From Octopus sinensis (taxonomy: Eukaryota): a DNA stretch of 64,000 nucleotides. Below, one piece after another: positions 51,315 through 64,000 of this stretch. The translations under genes and the position numbers were made by a program. The notes under the pieces were generated by a model that was not told the DNA's origin, did not search any database, and was given only the letters and a program-made list of their open reading frames with translations. The number at the start of each line of letters is the position of its first letter. Within the stretch, counting starts at the first letter, position 1. The DNA is taken from contig NC_043000.1 in assembly GCF_006345805.1 (NCBI RefSeq), positions 142,662,001 through 142,726,000 on the forward strand. The letters run 5' to 3'.

Positions 51315-51437
51315 TAGATCCGAAATGGATAAAAGGCAAAGTCGAACTCGGCGAAATTTGAACTCAAAACATAAAGACACAAAATAACGATAAGCATATC
51401 GTCCGGTGCGCTAGCGTTTCTACCAGTTCGTTGCCTT
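51315..51437 (-). mobile_element. old family-B-related SINE fragment
   Basis: AAGGCAAAGTCGAACTCGGCGAAATTTGAACTCA block. Confidence 0.7.
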
Positions 51438-52045
51438 AGAATACCAGCATTCATTTTAGAAATATATTCTTTATTCTTATTGCTTGGGGCATTACTTCTT
51501 ACTTCATCACCTACTGACATTAAATTTCATGATATTTTACCTCATAACTATTTTTCTATCAATTCTTGTTCAATGCGACTAACGATTCTGAATACCTCAT
51601 GCATTTTTCTATCAGCTAAGTCTAAGAAAAGTATACTTTTATTTCAAAATTTTTAAATTTGTGTTAATTGAATATGAACATCTACCTTACTGCCCAACTT
51701 CAGGTTTAACATATTTTGATATAATTATTTTTCTACTGAACCAAATCTCAAACTATTTATGTCAAAGTGAAGCTGAGAAGGTGTCCTCTTTAATTTCGCT
51801 GAGAACTGAATTAGTGGTGAAGCTTGAAAGCCGCTGCGATTGACGAAATAGTGGACTTCAAAATATATTCAACCACTACCATGGTTGAATGATAGAAAAT
51901 ATACATACCGATAGATGTACATATATATATATATATACAGATAAACATACATACATATATGTATATATGTTATATATGTATATACATATGAATATGTGTG
52001 TGCGTGTGTGTGCGTGGATGCGTATGTGAGTATAGAAAAAATAAA

Positions 52046-52550
52046 AGTTAAAATATTTTTATTAATATATTTAGAACTTTAACCGGTTTCACAGTTTACA
52101 CTGATTTTCCAAATTTTCAGATAGAAAGACGTGTTTATGTCGTAGCTGTCTTGCTTCTCACTAGGGTTTGAAGCCTGCCCTTAATTTATAGGGAGTTTAT
52201 GGCTCAAATTAGTGCATGTTTTGAATAAGATTTGATTGGTAGAGGATAGTCACATGACTGGTCTTAGAAATTTTTAGTAAGTTTCTGCTACAGCTACGAG
52301 CTAGTAGCTGTGAACCTACAAAATTTTCTAAGACTATTCATGTGACTATCCTCTACTGATCAAATCCTATTCAAGACATATACTTATTTGAGCCATGAAT
52401 TCCTTATAAAAATAGGGCAAGCTGAAACACTAGTCAGAAGAAAAACAGCTGTGATATAAAACACGTCTTTCTATTTGAACGTCTTGAAAATCAGTGTAAA
52501 CTGTGAAACTGGTTAAAGCTTTAAAGATATTAATAAAAAATATTTTAACT
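52046..52550. repeat. ~505-bp hairpin (arms ~250 bp, near-zero spacer) with an HHR-like remnant in each arm
   Basis: Arms are roughly 80% identical by eye, centred on ACAGCTAC-GAGCTA-GTAGCTGT. Each arm has CTTT...CAGT-GTAA-ACTG-T-GAAAC(C/T)GGTT-AAAG. Confidence 0.9.
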
Positions 52551-52636
52551 ATTCTCAAAGCCGTTTCAACTTCAGTTTTACCTATATTTCTATCCATGTG
52601 AATAAGATCACTTTGTTTTCTGCATATATATATATG

Positions 52637-52681
<45 letters not shown>

Positions 52682-52860
52682 GTTGTATACTGTCAACTTA
52701 ATGTGACAGTCCCATGAAGCGAATCACATCACTGCTATTTAGCCCTAGGAAGCATCAACGCTTCTTGTCGGCCTTGACACATTTCCTGTGTCGTTATGTT
52801 TACAAGGAGGAGACAAGCACATCCACCCAGCTAAGCCTGCACCCAGAGAGTAGTTTCTGA

Positions 52861-52921
<61 letters not shown>

Positions 52922-52970
52922 GTATATACATATGGAAAATATATCTTACACACACGTGTATGTTGTGTAT

Positions 52971-53046
<76 letters not shown>

Positions 53047-53065
53047 TATGTTAATATATATATAC

Positions 53066-53157
<92 letters not shown>

Positions 53158-53506
53158 TCTATATATTATTACAGAGAAAGTGTCATATAGATATGCTTTA
53201 GATATATTGTCTGTGCATGAGCATATATGCACCGCAGCGTCGGTAGTGGTCGTGGTCGTGGTGATGGGGCTGCTTTGGTTTTAAATCGGCAGAACACAAA
53301 ATAGTGATTTAACTGATAAATATTATGTATCAGATTTTCACATGCGTACATACAGGCCCGAACTCTCGCAGACAATCTTATGCCGGTGCGCAGGCGCGTA
53401 TTCATGAGCAGACATTAATACGCATAAAAAATATAAACAATCTTTATCATTTGCTACGAAAGTGTATAAAACTTTTAGAAAATTGCATATATTTGCAAAA
53501 CCTTAC

Positions 53507-53518
53507 AGTAAAGAAATT
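53507..53518 (-). CDS. candidate 12-nt micro-exon
   Basis: Long pyrimidine tract TTCTGCGTCTCTTCCCGTTTCCGTGTTCCTCGTTCTTTGTTTCAG, exon AATTTCTTTACT, donor GTAAGG. Confidence 0.22.
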
Positions 53519-53737
53519 CTGAAACAAAGAACGAGGAACACGGAAACGGGAAGAGACGCAGAAAAGATTATATCTTTGATTAGAGAAAGGGAAAGACAAC
53601 AGACAATGAGGATGCTCGAAACAAAATCCATAAAAATATATACGCATCAAAAATTCGTACATTATGGAATACAGCAAAATCTCAGACATTCATATACCTC
53701 TACATCATTTCACTTATATATATATGTATATATATAT

Positions 53738-53781
<44 letters not shown>

Positions 53782-53886
53782 CAATGCACATATATATGTG
53801 CATACATACATATCTGCATACATAAATACATACACACACATACATACATGTACATAGTATTTATATATATGCATATATATATACTA

Positions 53887-53921
<35 letters not shown>

Positions 53922-54023
53922 CATATATATATGCATATGTATAGATACAAATATATATATACATATATATATGCATTGTATATGTGCATGTATATCTATA
54001 AATGTATATGTATATTATATATA

Positions 54024-54073
<50 letters not shown>

Positions 54074-54081
54074 TATACATA

Positions 54082-54161
<80 letters not shown>

Positions 54162-54229
54162 ATACACACATTCCTACATAATACAGACATGCACGTGCAT
54201 TTTTATCCTGTCAGAGTGAGAAAATAGAT

Positions 54230-54477
54230 AGATACATAAAATAAATAGGTAGGTAGGTAGGTAGGTAGGTAGGTAGGTAGTAGTATAGTTAGATAGATAG
54301 GTAGAGCGATGTATAGGTAGCTAACAAATTTCATACACAAGTAGAGGCATGTAGTAGACAAGATAGAGAAATAAAAATATCAGGGAGAAGTACAGAATGA
54401 CTGTCAGACAGGGAGAGAGAGAGAGGTAGAAGACAGATAGAGAGAAGAAAGTGAACTAGATAGATAGATAGATAGAT

Positions 54478-54529
<52 letters not shown>

Positions 54530-54599
54530 TTAGGTAGGTAGGTAGGTAGGTAGGTAGTAGTAGGTAGGTAGATATATAGGTAGGTAGGTAGGTAGATAA

Positions 54600-54638
<39 letters not shown>

Positions 54639-54725
54639 GTAGGTAGGTAGGTAGGTAAGTAGGTAGGTAGGCAGGTAGGTAGGTAGGTAGGTAGGTAGAT
54701 AGATAGATAGATAGATAGATAGATC

Positions 54726-54758
<33 letters not shown>

Positions 54759-54850
54759 TAGGTAGGAGGTAGGTAGGTAAGTAGGTAGGTAGGCAGGAGG
54801 TAGGTAGGTAGGTAGGTAGATAGATAGATAGATAGAAAGATAGATAGATC

Positions 54851-54918
<68 letters not shown>

Positions 54919-55010
54919 CATAGATACATAGATACATACATAGATACATAGATACATAGATACATAGATACATAGAGAGATAAATAGAGAGATAAATAGA
55001 TAGATAGACT
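54230..55010. repeat. compound tetranucleotide array (GATA)n/(GGTA)n/(GATACATA)n
   Basis: Directly visible. Explains ORFs 54331-55052. Confidence 0.97.
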
Positions 55011-56029
55011 GGAAGTAGGTAGAAAGAGAGATGGCTTCATGGAGAGATGCATTGACAGACGTATTGCCAGTTGAACAGAATGAGATATGTCGGTAGATAT
55101 GGAAAGATATACATGTAGGAAAGTAGAGAATAAAAGTGTCGCTTGGATAGGAAGAGAGAATTACAGTAAGAAAGAGAATAAGACAGAGAGAAAGAGATAG
55201 AGAGAGAGAGAGACCTAGAAATATATACGCCTAAAATAAGTAAATAAAAAACAAACGAACAGACAATTCAGGAAATATATAATGGAACAAAACAAACAGC
55301 AAATTACATTTTAAAGATTCCTTATTATTGCAAAAGAAAAACCTATACGACTTTTGATTGAGAGATATATACATATTCGTGTAGTAAGCAGAATTTTAAT
55401 TGAGGCCATTATTTAACAGAATAAATATGTTATCTCTAGATATTTGTGAAAACAATGAGAAATGCAGATTGCGGATTGTTGAACAAAGGCCTCTGTTGAA
55501 TAGATGGCATATAATCTTTCACGTGACATTTATTTAATATTTTTTTAACATACTAAGTTAAATATATGATACAACAAAATATACGTCTCTTTCTCTTTCT
55601 CTCTCTCTCTCTCTCCCTGTCGTACTCTCTCCCACTATGTCTATCTCACCTTCTTTCCCTATTTCTCTTGCCCTCTTTCCTTCACATACGCACATACATG
55701 CATGTGTGTGCGCGCGCGTACATGTGCGTGAGAGTACACAGGCATGTATATTTAATGCATCTACATCTATAGATATTTTTACAGACATATATGGGCGTAT
55801 GTAATGTGTGTCTGTGTGTGTGTAATATATATATATATATATTGATAGATATATACTCACACATATATATATGTGTGTGTATGTGTATATATACATATTT
55901 AATGAATCAGTTGTTGGATTCGTTGAAATGTAGATATTTTAACATTGAGGATGACGTGAGAGAGTCGAATCTCACATACGTAGACATATTATACTTATGC
56001 TGCCATTTATATACACACATGTATAGGAA

Positions 56030-56690
56030 TGCATACTGCTAATAATATCAGAGACCTAGGAGTAATTGTTGATAGCAATAACTGCTGGAGTGCGCACATC
56101 GACAATGAGGTCGATATGGCTCGTAGAAAGATCTCCTGGAATCTAAGAACATTCTGGCCTAGAGAAGATATCATCATTCCTCCTTTCTTCTCCTTTGCAC
56201 GGTTGCACATCGAATACTGCTGCCCTCTTTGGCCTCCCCATACAACACAAAGCATTTCGAAAATTTAATCACTCCAGAGGGCATTCACTAAAATAATTAG
56301 GGGCATGACTGATCTCGAATATTTGGACCGCCTTAAAGCTTTCAAACTCAAATCGCTCTACCGCCAATGTGAGCTATATATCATTTGAACGATGTGGAGA
56401 ATGTACCACCAACATTAACCAAACGTCCTCAATATCACTTTGAACGATAAGGAGTATGTACCACCAACATTACCCAAACGTCCTCAACATCAATTTGAAC
56501 GATGTGGAGAATGTACCACCAGCATTACCCAAACGTCTTCATCATAAGTTTCAGAATTCATTCAAGGCTAAGACCATGGACCATACGTCCCTTACCCATA
56601 CCATGTTCACAACACATAGATACACAAAAACCCAACTTCTTTTCCTCAACAGGCCCTACCCTATATAACATTGTCCCAAAATAAGTCATA
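56030..56690 (+). mobile_element. CR1/L2-like LINE 3' fragment, same family as 23070-24310
   Basis: NNIRDLGVIVDSNNCWSAHIDNEVDMARRKISWNLRTF...LHIEYCCPLWPPHT. Contains a 55-bp triplication. Confidence 0.88.
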
Positions 56691-57302
56691 TACCTCTACA
56701 GTTTCCGTTTGCCAAATTCAGTTAGAATACATTCATTGGTTTCAAGTTATAATGGAAGAAAGTTGCAGGAGGTATTATGCAGTGACACTGAACATGAAAT
56801 CACGCTTTCTCAGCCACGCACTCATATCTGCGCCGTGTCTGCAATGAGCCAATTAGTAATGATTCAATATATAAATGACAAACAAAATCGAATGCAATTT
56901 GCAATCGTGCAAAGTTAAGTTTACGATGCAACTTCGATTCCTTGCTATGTCGTTCCACTTCATTCCTTTCATCATTATCAAGAAGGCAAAGAGTTTGACG
57001 CTCACCAAAACCACTTTAAGTGTGAAGAGACGAAATGTAAATACATTACAAACTGCATGACAGGGGGTTACTGAGTGTCATAGAAAAGCTATTAATCTTT
57101 GAATTAGGAAATGCAGGTATATTTTAAAGTAAGCCAAACGTTTAAACTGTTTATACAAAATAAGATATCTTGCTCTGAAAGCACAATTACATTGAAGGCA
57201 TTTTTCAGTTAGACTGAATGGCAACCCTTATGATCAAGCAATACATAAGTAATGAATATTTCATAATTATTTACTTAATTATTATGCTTTATAAACAGTA
57301 AA

Positions 57303-57705
57303 GGCGCAGGTGTGGCTGTGTGGTAAGTAGCTTGTTTACCAACCACATGGTTCCGGGTTCAGTTCCACTGCGTGGCACCTTGGGCAAGTGTCTTCTACTA
57401 TAGCCTCGGGCCGACCAAAGCCCTGTGAGTGGATTTGTTAGACGGAAACTGAAAGAAGCCCGTCGTATATATGTGTATATATATGAGTGTATGTGTGTCT
57501 GTGTTTGTCCCCCTAGCATTGCTTGACAACCGATGCTGGTGTGTTTATGTCCCCGTTACTTAGCGGTTCGGCAAAAGAGACCGATAGAATAAGTACTGGG
57601 CTTACAAAAGAATAAGTGCCGGGATCGAATTGCTCGATTAAAGGCGGTGCTCCAGCATGGCCGCAGTCAAATGACTGAAACAAGTAAAAGAGTAAAAGAG
57701 AGTAG
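57303..57705 (+). mobile_element. tRNA-derived SINE, family A
   Basis: Full length, collinear with other copies. Confidence 0.93.
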
Positions 57706-59063
57706 AGTAACTGTAACCATATTCCTGATGGTATTCCTATTACCCAATCTCCGAGTCGATTTTAAGAAAATCTCACCGTGGAAGATTTCACCAAGCCAAT
57801 ACTCGATCGCTAATAATTTATGCATTAGGTATTTTTTTCTTCATGTTTACTACCACAATATTAACTCGAATCTTACTCAGCCCCAATGGTTAAAACACGT
57901 ACTAATAAAGTTATTGACCAGCATTGCAACATTACTAAGGAACATTAATTTTGATATCCCGCTCACATTTTTTACAAAATCAAAGTAAATTTAATAAAAT
58001 ACATCCGAAACATGTCTTGGCCACATTTCTCTGACTATTGAATACGCACATGAAATTCATGTATCTAATTTAGTTATAACTTCTAAAATATATTTATATA
58101 AACTAAACAATTACACCCTTAGAGTTTACATTTTACTTTGCCCTACTACTTTGTTGCTTAATTCCCTAACATTTTTTTTTATTCTTCCATATAAGGATAT
58201 TCTTAGGATGAAATTCGACACAGAATCTTCATTCCAACTATAGTATTGTGCTGTTAAATGTTATAATAAATGAGTATACATACACGTATGTGTGGAGAGA
58301 GAGAGAGAGGCGGGGTATAGAAAGTGGAAGGTAGAGAGTTTGAATTTCGTCTGAAGACAACTGAAAAATAATTTATCAAATAGTTATGTAGATCCTGTAA
58401 AACTCAAAATGTATCTTGAATGGCTTGAGGCATTTAAAATAATTCGTTTTAGCTGCGAACATTTGTAATTAAAATAATCCTATGTTATTAACCCTGCAAC
58501 AGTTTACAATGTTTAAATTCATTATTCATATATAAAATAACAATATTTTCTGATATTTATCACTGATATATTTCTTTTCCGCAATCAAGAGTACTTAATC
58601 ACTGTACACTGGCATACAGAGGAAGAGATCAAATGCTTTCTCGAAATTTTTGCATCATAAGCTAGCGCACAGAATAGATGTCTCGGTATCTCCTGTTTAC
58701 GGGACAGATGTCTCCCAGTAACTCATTGTGCCACAGAATACAGGAAATGTGACTCATTGTGGTTATTCTGAAAGGCCTGTTTTATGACAACAATCCTTAG
58801 TCTACTGCTCTAAACCCTGAATAAATTCAATATATCATACACATGTAGCAAAAGAATATTTTTTTCAATAAAAAATGACAATCATTGTTTTCGTTTTATA
58901 GATGTATTCATACGCTTGATGCTTAATGCCATAAATGATTTCTTATCTATCTACATTTATATTGAGAATCTGGTTTAAGATAAAACAGCAAAGCGAAAGT
59001 GAATGGAAAACTAATTAAGTCGATTATACATATATACATATATACAAAACTATCCAACCATCC

Positions 59064-59146
<83 letters not shown>

Positions 59147-60048
59147 GGAGAAACAGATATGTGTTATACATTTATCATATATGTATGTACGTATATATAT
59201 ATATATATATATATGATAGATAGAGAGATAGATATAGATATGAGAATGCATGGTACTTTGTATATGGTATATATGTATGTGTATGATCGATTTAATTACT
59301 TCTCCATTCACTTTTTATACATACATATATACGCATGCAACTATCATGCAAGAATTGACTTTGGAGTATGTATGTATATGTATAACACATAACATGATCA
59401 TCTATACAAATACATTTTAACAATGAAAAGGGAAGAAAAATATCCCTATATATGCTTATGCACACACACACACACACATGTGTATAGATGTATATGTGTG
59501 TGTATGCATATATGTATGCTTATATGTGTATGCATATATGTATGCTTATGTGTGTATGCATATATGCATGTATGTGTTTATCTATAGATAGATATATATA
59601 TATAGATAGATAAATAGATAGATAATGTGCGTGTTTGCGTCTCTATGTATTTACATATTTTATATATGTAGGTATATAACTTATGTGGTGGTTACAAATA
59701 TGTCTATCAATGGGCTTTTTGTATCAAAGATATTCTGACTGAGAAGTTAATGGTATTGGATATTTATTTTTCCGCCTGACTTAATTTATTTTACACATAT
59801 TCATGTAAATATTTGTGCGTGTGCATATGTTTGTGCCCTGAGAAACACGTATATGCGTGCACATATGTGAAGTGGTTGCCTTAACGAATTCTATATCGAT
59901 TTCCCTCCCTATCAGTGAATGTATATAATGCTTATACACATGACTTGAAATTGTATAAATAAACCACACACATACGCACACACACTCACACATACTCACA
60001 TACATATATACATGCACGCATGCATGCACATCACACACACACACGCAT

Positions 60049-60093
<45 letters not shown>

Positions 60094-60644
60094 TACATAT
60101 ATATAACATATATATCCATATACATATTATATATAACAATATATAATACACACCACACATATATATATATCATATATATATATTTATATATATATATGTT
60201 TATATATATTATATAAGTCATTCCCAATTCTTGAAAAGGGAAAGCCGCTATACTTTTAGAATATTGAATAAAAAGTTTTCTATTTAATCCCCAAAAATAC
60301 ATTACATATTATGGTGCCATAAGACAGGCATGGAAAAAGTGCGATCCGCAAGATTCCCTGAATGGTATGCCAAATGGAATATCACTTTGAATTTTTTGTG
60401 TAGTAAGTCCCTTCAGAGAGTAACTCATCTCACGTGCGGACCGTTTCTCGCAAATACTTCTTAATACTTGGCATAATATATTTCACAGAATATTGTTCAA
60501 AAGATCTATGTTAAATAGGTAAAAACTTTATCCTTTGAATAGTTATAATGATGGGAGGAAATATTGAAGCATTTATTTGAACGGACGAAATATACTGAAA
60601 GTGGGGAAATTTGCAATAGAATAATTCCATGTGTATATAGATAT

Positions 60645-60882
60645 CTGGAGGCGCGTGACTTAGTGGTTAGGGTGTCAACACCATGATCGTAAGATTGTAG
60701 TTTCGATTCCTGGACCGGGCGACGCGTTGTGTTCTTCATTTCACGTTGCTTCAGTTCACTCAGCTGGCAAAAATGTGTAACGCTGCCATGGACTGGCGTC
60801 CCATCCAGCTGGGGAAAACATATGCCATAGAAACCGGTTACCGGGACAATGAGCCTGGCTAGGCTTTAAAAGGGCGCAAAAA
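60645..60882 (+). mobile_element. tRNA-derived SINE, family D, ~10-bp TSD
   Basis: Homologous to 26689-26951. ATATAGATAT lies at 60635-60644 and 60883-60892. Confidence 0.9.
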
Positions 60883-60909
60883 ATATAGATATATAAAGAA
60901 ACACCTTTC

Positions 60910-61118
60910 TAGTATAAGCACAAGGACTGACATTTTGAGGAATGGTTTATAGATCACATGGACTCCAGTGCTGTGCTGTTACTCATTTCATCGACTCTGA
61001 AAGAATGAAAGGCAAAGTCAAACTCAGCGGAATTTAAAGATACGAAAAAAAAAAAAAATTCGAACGAAATACCGCTCCACATTTTGTCCTTCGTACGAAC
61101 TATTCTGCCAACTCACCG
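60910..61118 (-). mobile_element. old family-B-related SINE
   Basis: GAATGAAAGGCAAAGTCAAACTCAGCGGAATTT...CTGCCAACTCACCG. Confidence 0.75.
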
Positions 61119-61161
61119 TCTTTATATATATATATATATATATAATATATATGTATGTGTG

Positions 61162-61201
<40 letters not shown>

Positions 61202-62269
61202 CAATATAAGCACACATGCATACACATACATCACATATCTATGTGTGTATACACTGACACAAGAATACACACACACATGCATATTTTGTTTGACAATTAC
61301 TTCGAAGTTTCGCCGTAGGAGACTCTTCAAAATGTAATTACTGTTTAATTACTGAAATTACAGATTGCAATTTGAAATGGCGCCCACGGCAAAACTCCGA
61401 ATTATCTGTCAACCTTTCTATTATAAATATTTGATCTACGGCTTTTACTGAAACCTTTATGCCGTTAATTTTTATTCTTTTAAACTCTTTGCCACACACA
61501 TATATATATATACGTGGGTGTGTGTGTATACACAAGCACAAATTCTTTTCTGTCTGCATCTATATCTTTCTGAATGTTTGCGATTTTGTGCGTGAATGAG
61601 AATGTATAGTGTTAGTATGTGAACATATATTGGAATCCATGTGTTAGAAACGAAATTTCCAACTACAATTACGTACACATGCATATATACTGACATACGT
61701 AAGTTTGAGTGTGCTTGTGTGTGTGTGTGTGTGTGTGTTGTGTACGCAGTATGCTTGTATGTATGTACGTATGTATGTACGTATGTATATACTAAAGGAT
61801 GTATGTATGTGTTTATGTATGAGCAACCAGTGACTATCGTGGAAGGCTACAATCCACAGGAAACAATGTAATGAAAAGAAATGACAAATCTATACATCAT
61901 TTCAATGTTATTGAATTCAGTATCATCGACAGACAGATAGACAGGAAGGCAGACAGACAAGCGGATTTTATTGACCTTCAACTGCCTTTTATTCATGAAC
62001 AAATCTCGTAAGTTATTCTATAGATATTATCTTTCTTCGTTACAATTCCTTTACTTCTAAATATAGATTTGATATTTCAGCGCACTTTTAAATTTTGCTT
62101 TTTATGTTCTTTATTCTATTGTAGAGCGTTCACTTCTTTTAGTTTTTGAAATTTAAGAGAATATTTTTATTTATATATATATATTTTTTTTTTTTTTGTA
62201 GCCACGAATTAGTTTAAGGTAATATAATTTTCTACTCTAGGCAAAATGGCCAAAATTTGGGGGGAGGGG

Positions 62270-62640
62270 GGAAGTCAATTAGATCGACTCCATTACGCAC
62301 CTGATACTTAATTTATTGACCCCGAAGGGATGAAAGGCAGAGTCGACCTCAGCGGAATTTGAACTCAGACGAAATACCGCTGACCGTTTCGCTAGGCGTG
62401 CTAACGTTTCTTATTTCTTTATTGCCTACAAGGGGCTAAACATAGAGAGGACAAACAATGTCAGACAAAGGGATTAAGTCGATTACATCAACCTCAGTGC
62501 GCAGCTGGTACATAATTTATCGACTCCGAAAGGATGAAAGGCAAAGTTGACCTCGGTGGAATTTGAACTCAGAACGTAACGGCAGACGAAACACTGCTAA
62601 GCATTTCGTCAGGCATGCTAACGTTTGTGCCAACTCGCTG
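62270..62640 (-). mobile_element. tandem family-B SINE pair with a different junction
   Basis: Minus-strand junction GGCAATAAAGAAATAA|GAAACGTTAGCACG near 62410. Confidence 0.85.
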
Positions 62641-62689
62641 TCTTAGTAACAGTATAATTCTAAGTGATCTATTATTATGCGTTTACCAT

Positions 62690-62971
62690 TTACTTGTTTA
62701 GTCATTAGCGTACGGTGAAGCTGGGGCACCGACTTGAAGGGTTTTGTCTCATGCATCGCCCCCATTACCGATTATCTTTAAGCCTGGTGCTTATTCTGTC
62801 TGTGTCTTTTGCCGAACTGCTAACTTATGAGCAAGTAAACAAACCAACGGCGAAAGTCAAGTGGTGGTGGTGACAAACAGAAGCACAGAGACAGACACCC
62901 ACACGCTCACACACGCACGCACGCACACATACACGCACACACACACACACACGCACAGGTAAACCAAATCT

Positions 62972-63054
<83 letters not shown>

Positions 63055-63260
63055 ACATATAGATATACATAACATATGTGTGTGTATGCTAGTGCATGTG
63101 TGTATGCGTGTGTATGTGCATATATTTAATGGGCTTCTTTCAATATCTATCTACTAAATACGGGCACAAGGCTTTAGTCGGGCCGAGACTATAATGGAAG
63201 TCACTGAACCCAGAACCATGCGGTTGTGAAAAAGATTTGATACCACACATCCTACACCTG
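62690..63260 (-). mobile_element. diverged family-A-related SINE split by expanded (CA)n/(GATA)n
   Basis: 3' part 62690-62890 and 5' part 63130-63260. Confidence 0.65.
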
Positions 63261-63814
63261 ACCTGTGTAGTATAAATATTAACTGCGGTAATGGTAGTTC
63301 TGAACATTGGCACAACGCCATAGATTTTGATAGGATGGTTCTGGAGGAAAATGGAATTAGACATCAGTATTACACTGATATTTATGTCATGAACTTGGAC
63401 TAATATAAAAAGGAAAGACGACACCTAGCTTGATTTCAACTCAGCACCTAAAGAATATAACTAAATACCACAAATCTCAGTTAACCTAGCGATTCGTTGA
63501 TTTTTCTACTGCACTGTACCTCCTTTCAACTATAGGCACAATAATCCTACAAGCTATAGGCATTTTCCGTTGGAAGGGCAGCTGGACAATTATATTGGCC
63601 TTAGTACTCAGCTGACCTCAGAGCTCAACTAGTATTTATTTAAGAAGGATGAAAGGAGAAAGCAACCTTGTCAGAATTTGAACTCAGAATATAATGCCAA
63701 AAGAAATGCCGGTAAGAATCTGATCTGGCAAGTGTTGACGATTCTGTCAGCTTGTCGCATTACCAACTCTAATAAATATTAATACTGACGCTTATATTAC
63801 CTGGAACAGTTATT

Positions 63815-64000
63815 ATAACTGGAAGAAGAAGAAGAAGAAGAAGAAGAAGAAGAAGAAGAAGAAGAAGGGAGAGGAGAGGAGGGGAGAAGGATGTGGTCGG
63901 GGAGAAGGAGGAGGGGGGAGAAGAAGAGAAGAAGAAGAAGAAGAAAAGAAGAAGACGACGAAGAAGAAGAAAAAGAATTAAGACGAATAAGACGAAGAAG
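63815..64000 (+). repeat. (GAA)n / purine-rich tract
   Basis: Directly visible, runs off the window end. Confidence 0.95.

Noticed and set aside
56384-56540. Regular repeats as a CRISPR-like array
   Set aside because: Contiguous tandem units without unique spacers, inside a LINE in eukaryotic DNA.
57220-57262. Plus-strand 40-nt exon candidate (RLNGNPYDQAIH)
   Set aside because: Isolated, with a weaker GTAATG donor. It illustrates the chance rate of such patterns.

Overview
Eukaryotic, strongly AT-rich, microsatellite-saturated DNA. The repeat families look like those of an octopus or other coleoid cephalopod (recognised from memory, not searched). There is no long intact ORF. Nearly all supplied six-frame ORFs are translations of (TA)n, (CA)n, (GA)n or (GATA)n tracts, or pieces of decayed transposons. 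The window is a nested graveyard of mobile elements. It holds at least five tRNA-derived SINE families, several with clear target-site duplications (TSDs). It also holds four distinct R4/Dong-type RLE LINE fragments, three ending in (AAT)n, and three CR1/L2-like fragments. Penelope-like element (PLE) remnants (one RT, one GIY-YIG), mariner and Tigger pieces, and Helitron/Helentron-type non-autonomous elements are present too. The most unusual signals are: (i) several unrelated non-coding cassettes carrying PLE-type minimal hammerhead ribozyme (HHR) motifs, some in long head-to-head inverted repeats, best seen in a ~493-bp multimeric HHR unit with a 10-bp TSD at 15880-16959; (ii) a near-perfect, zero-spacer 616-bp palindrome at 3794-4409; (iii) a SINE that retroposed as a dimer; (iv) a nest of insertions and an exact 557-bp duplication at an (ATT)n hotspot. 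Several short minus-strand segments have strong splice signals and may be micro-exons of a large gene, but this is low confidence and no product could be identified. All coordinates and identities were read by eye.
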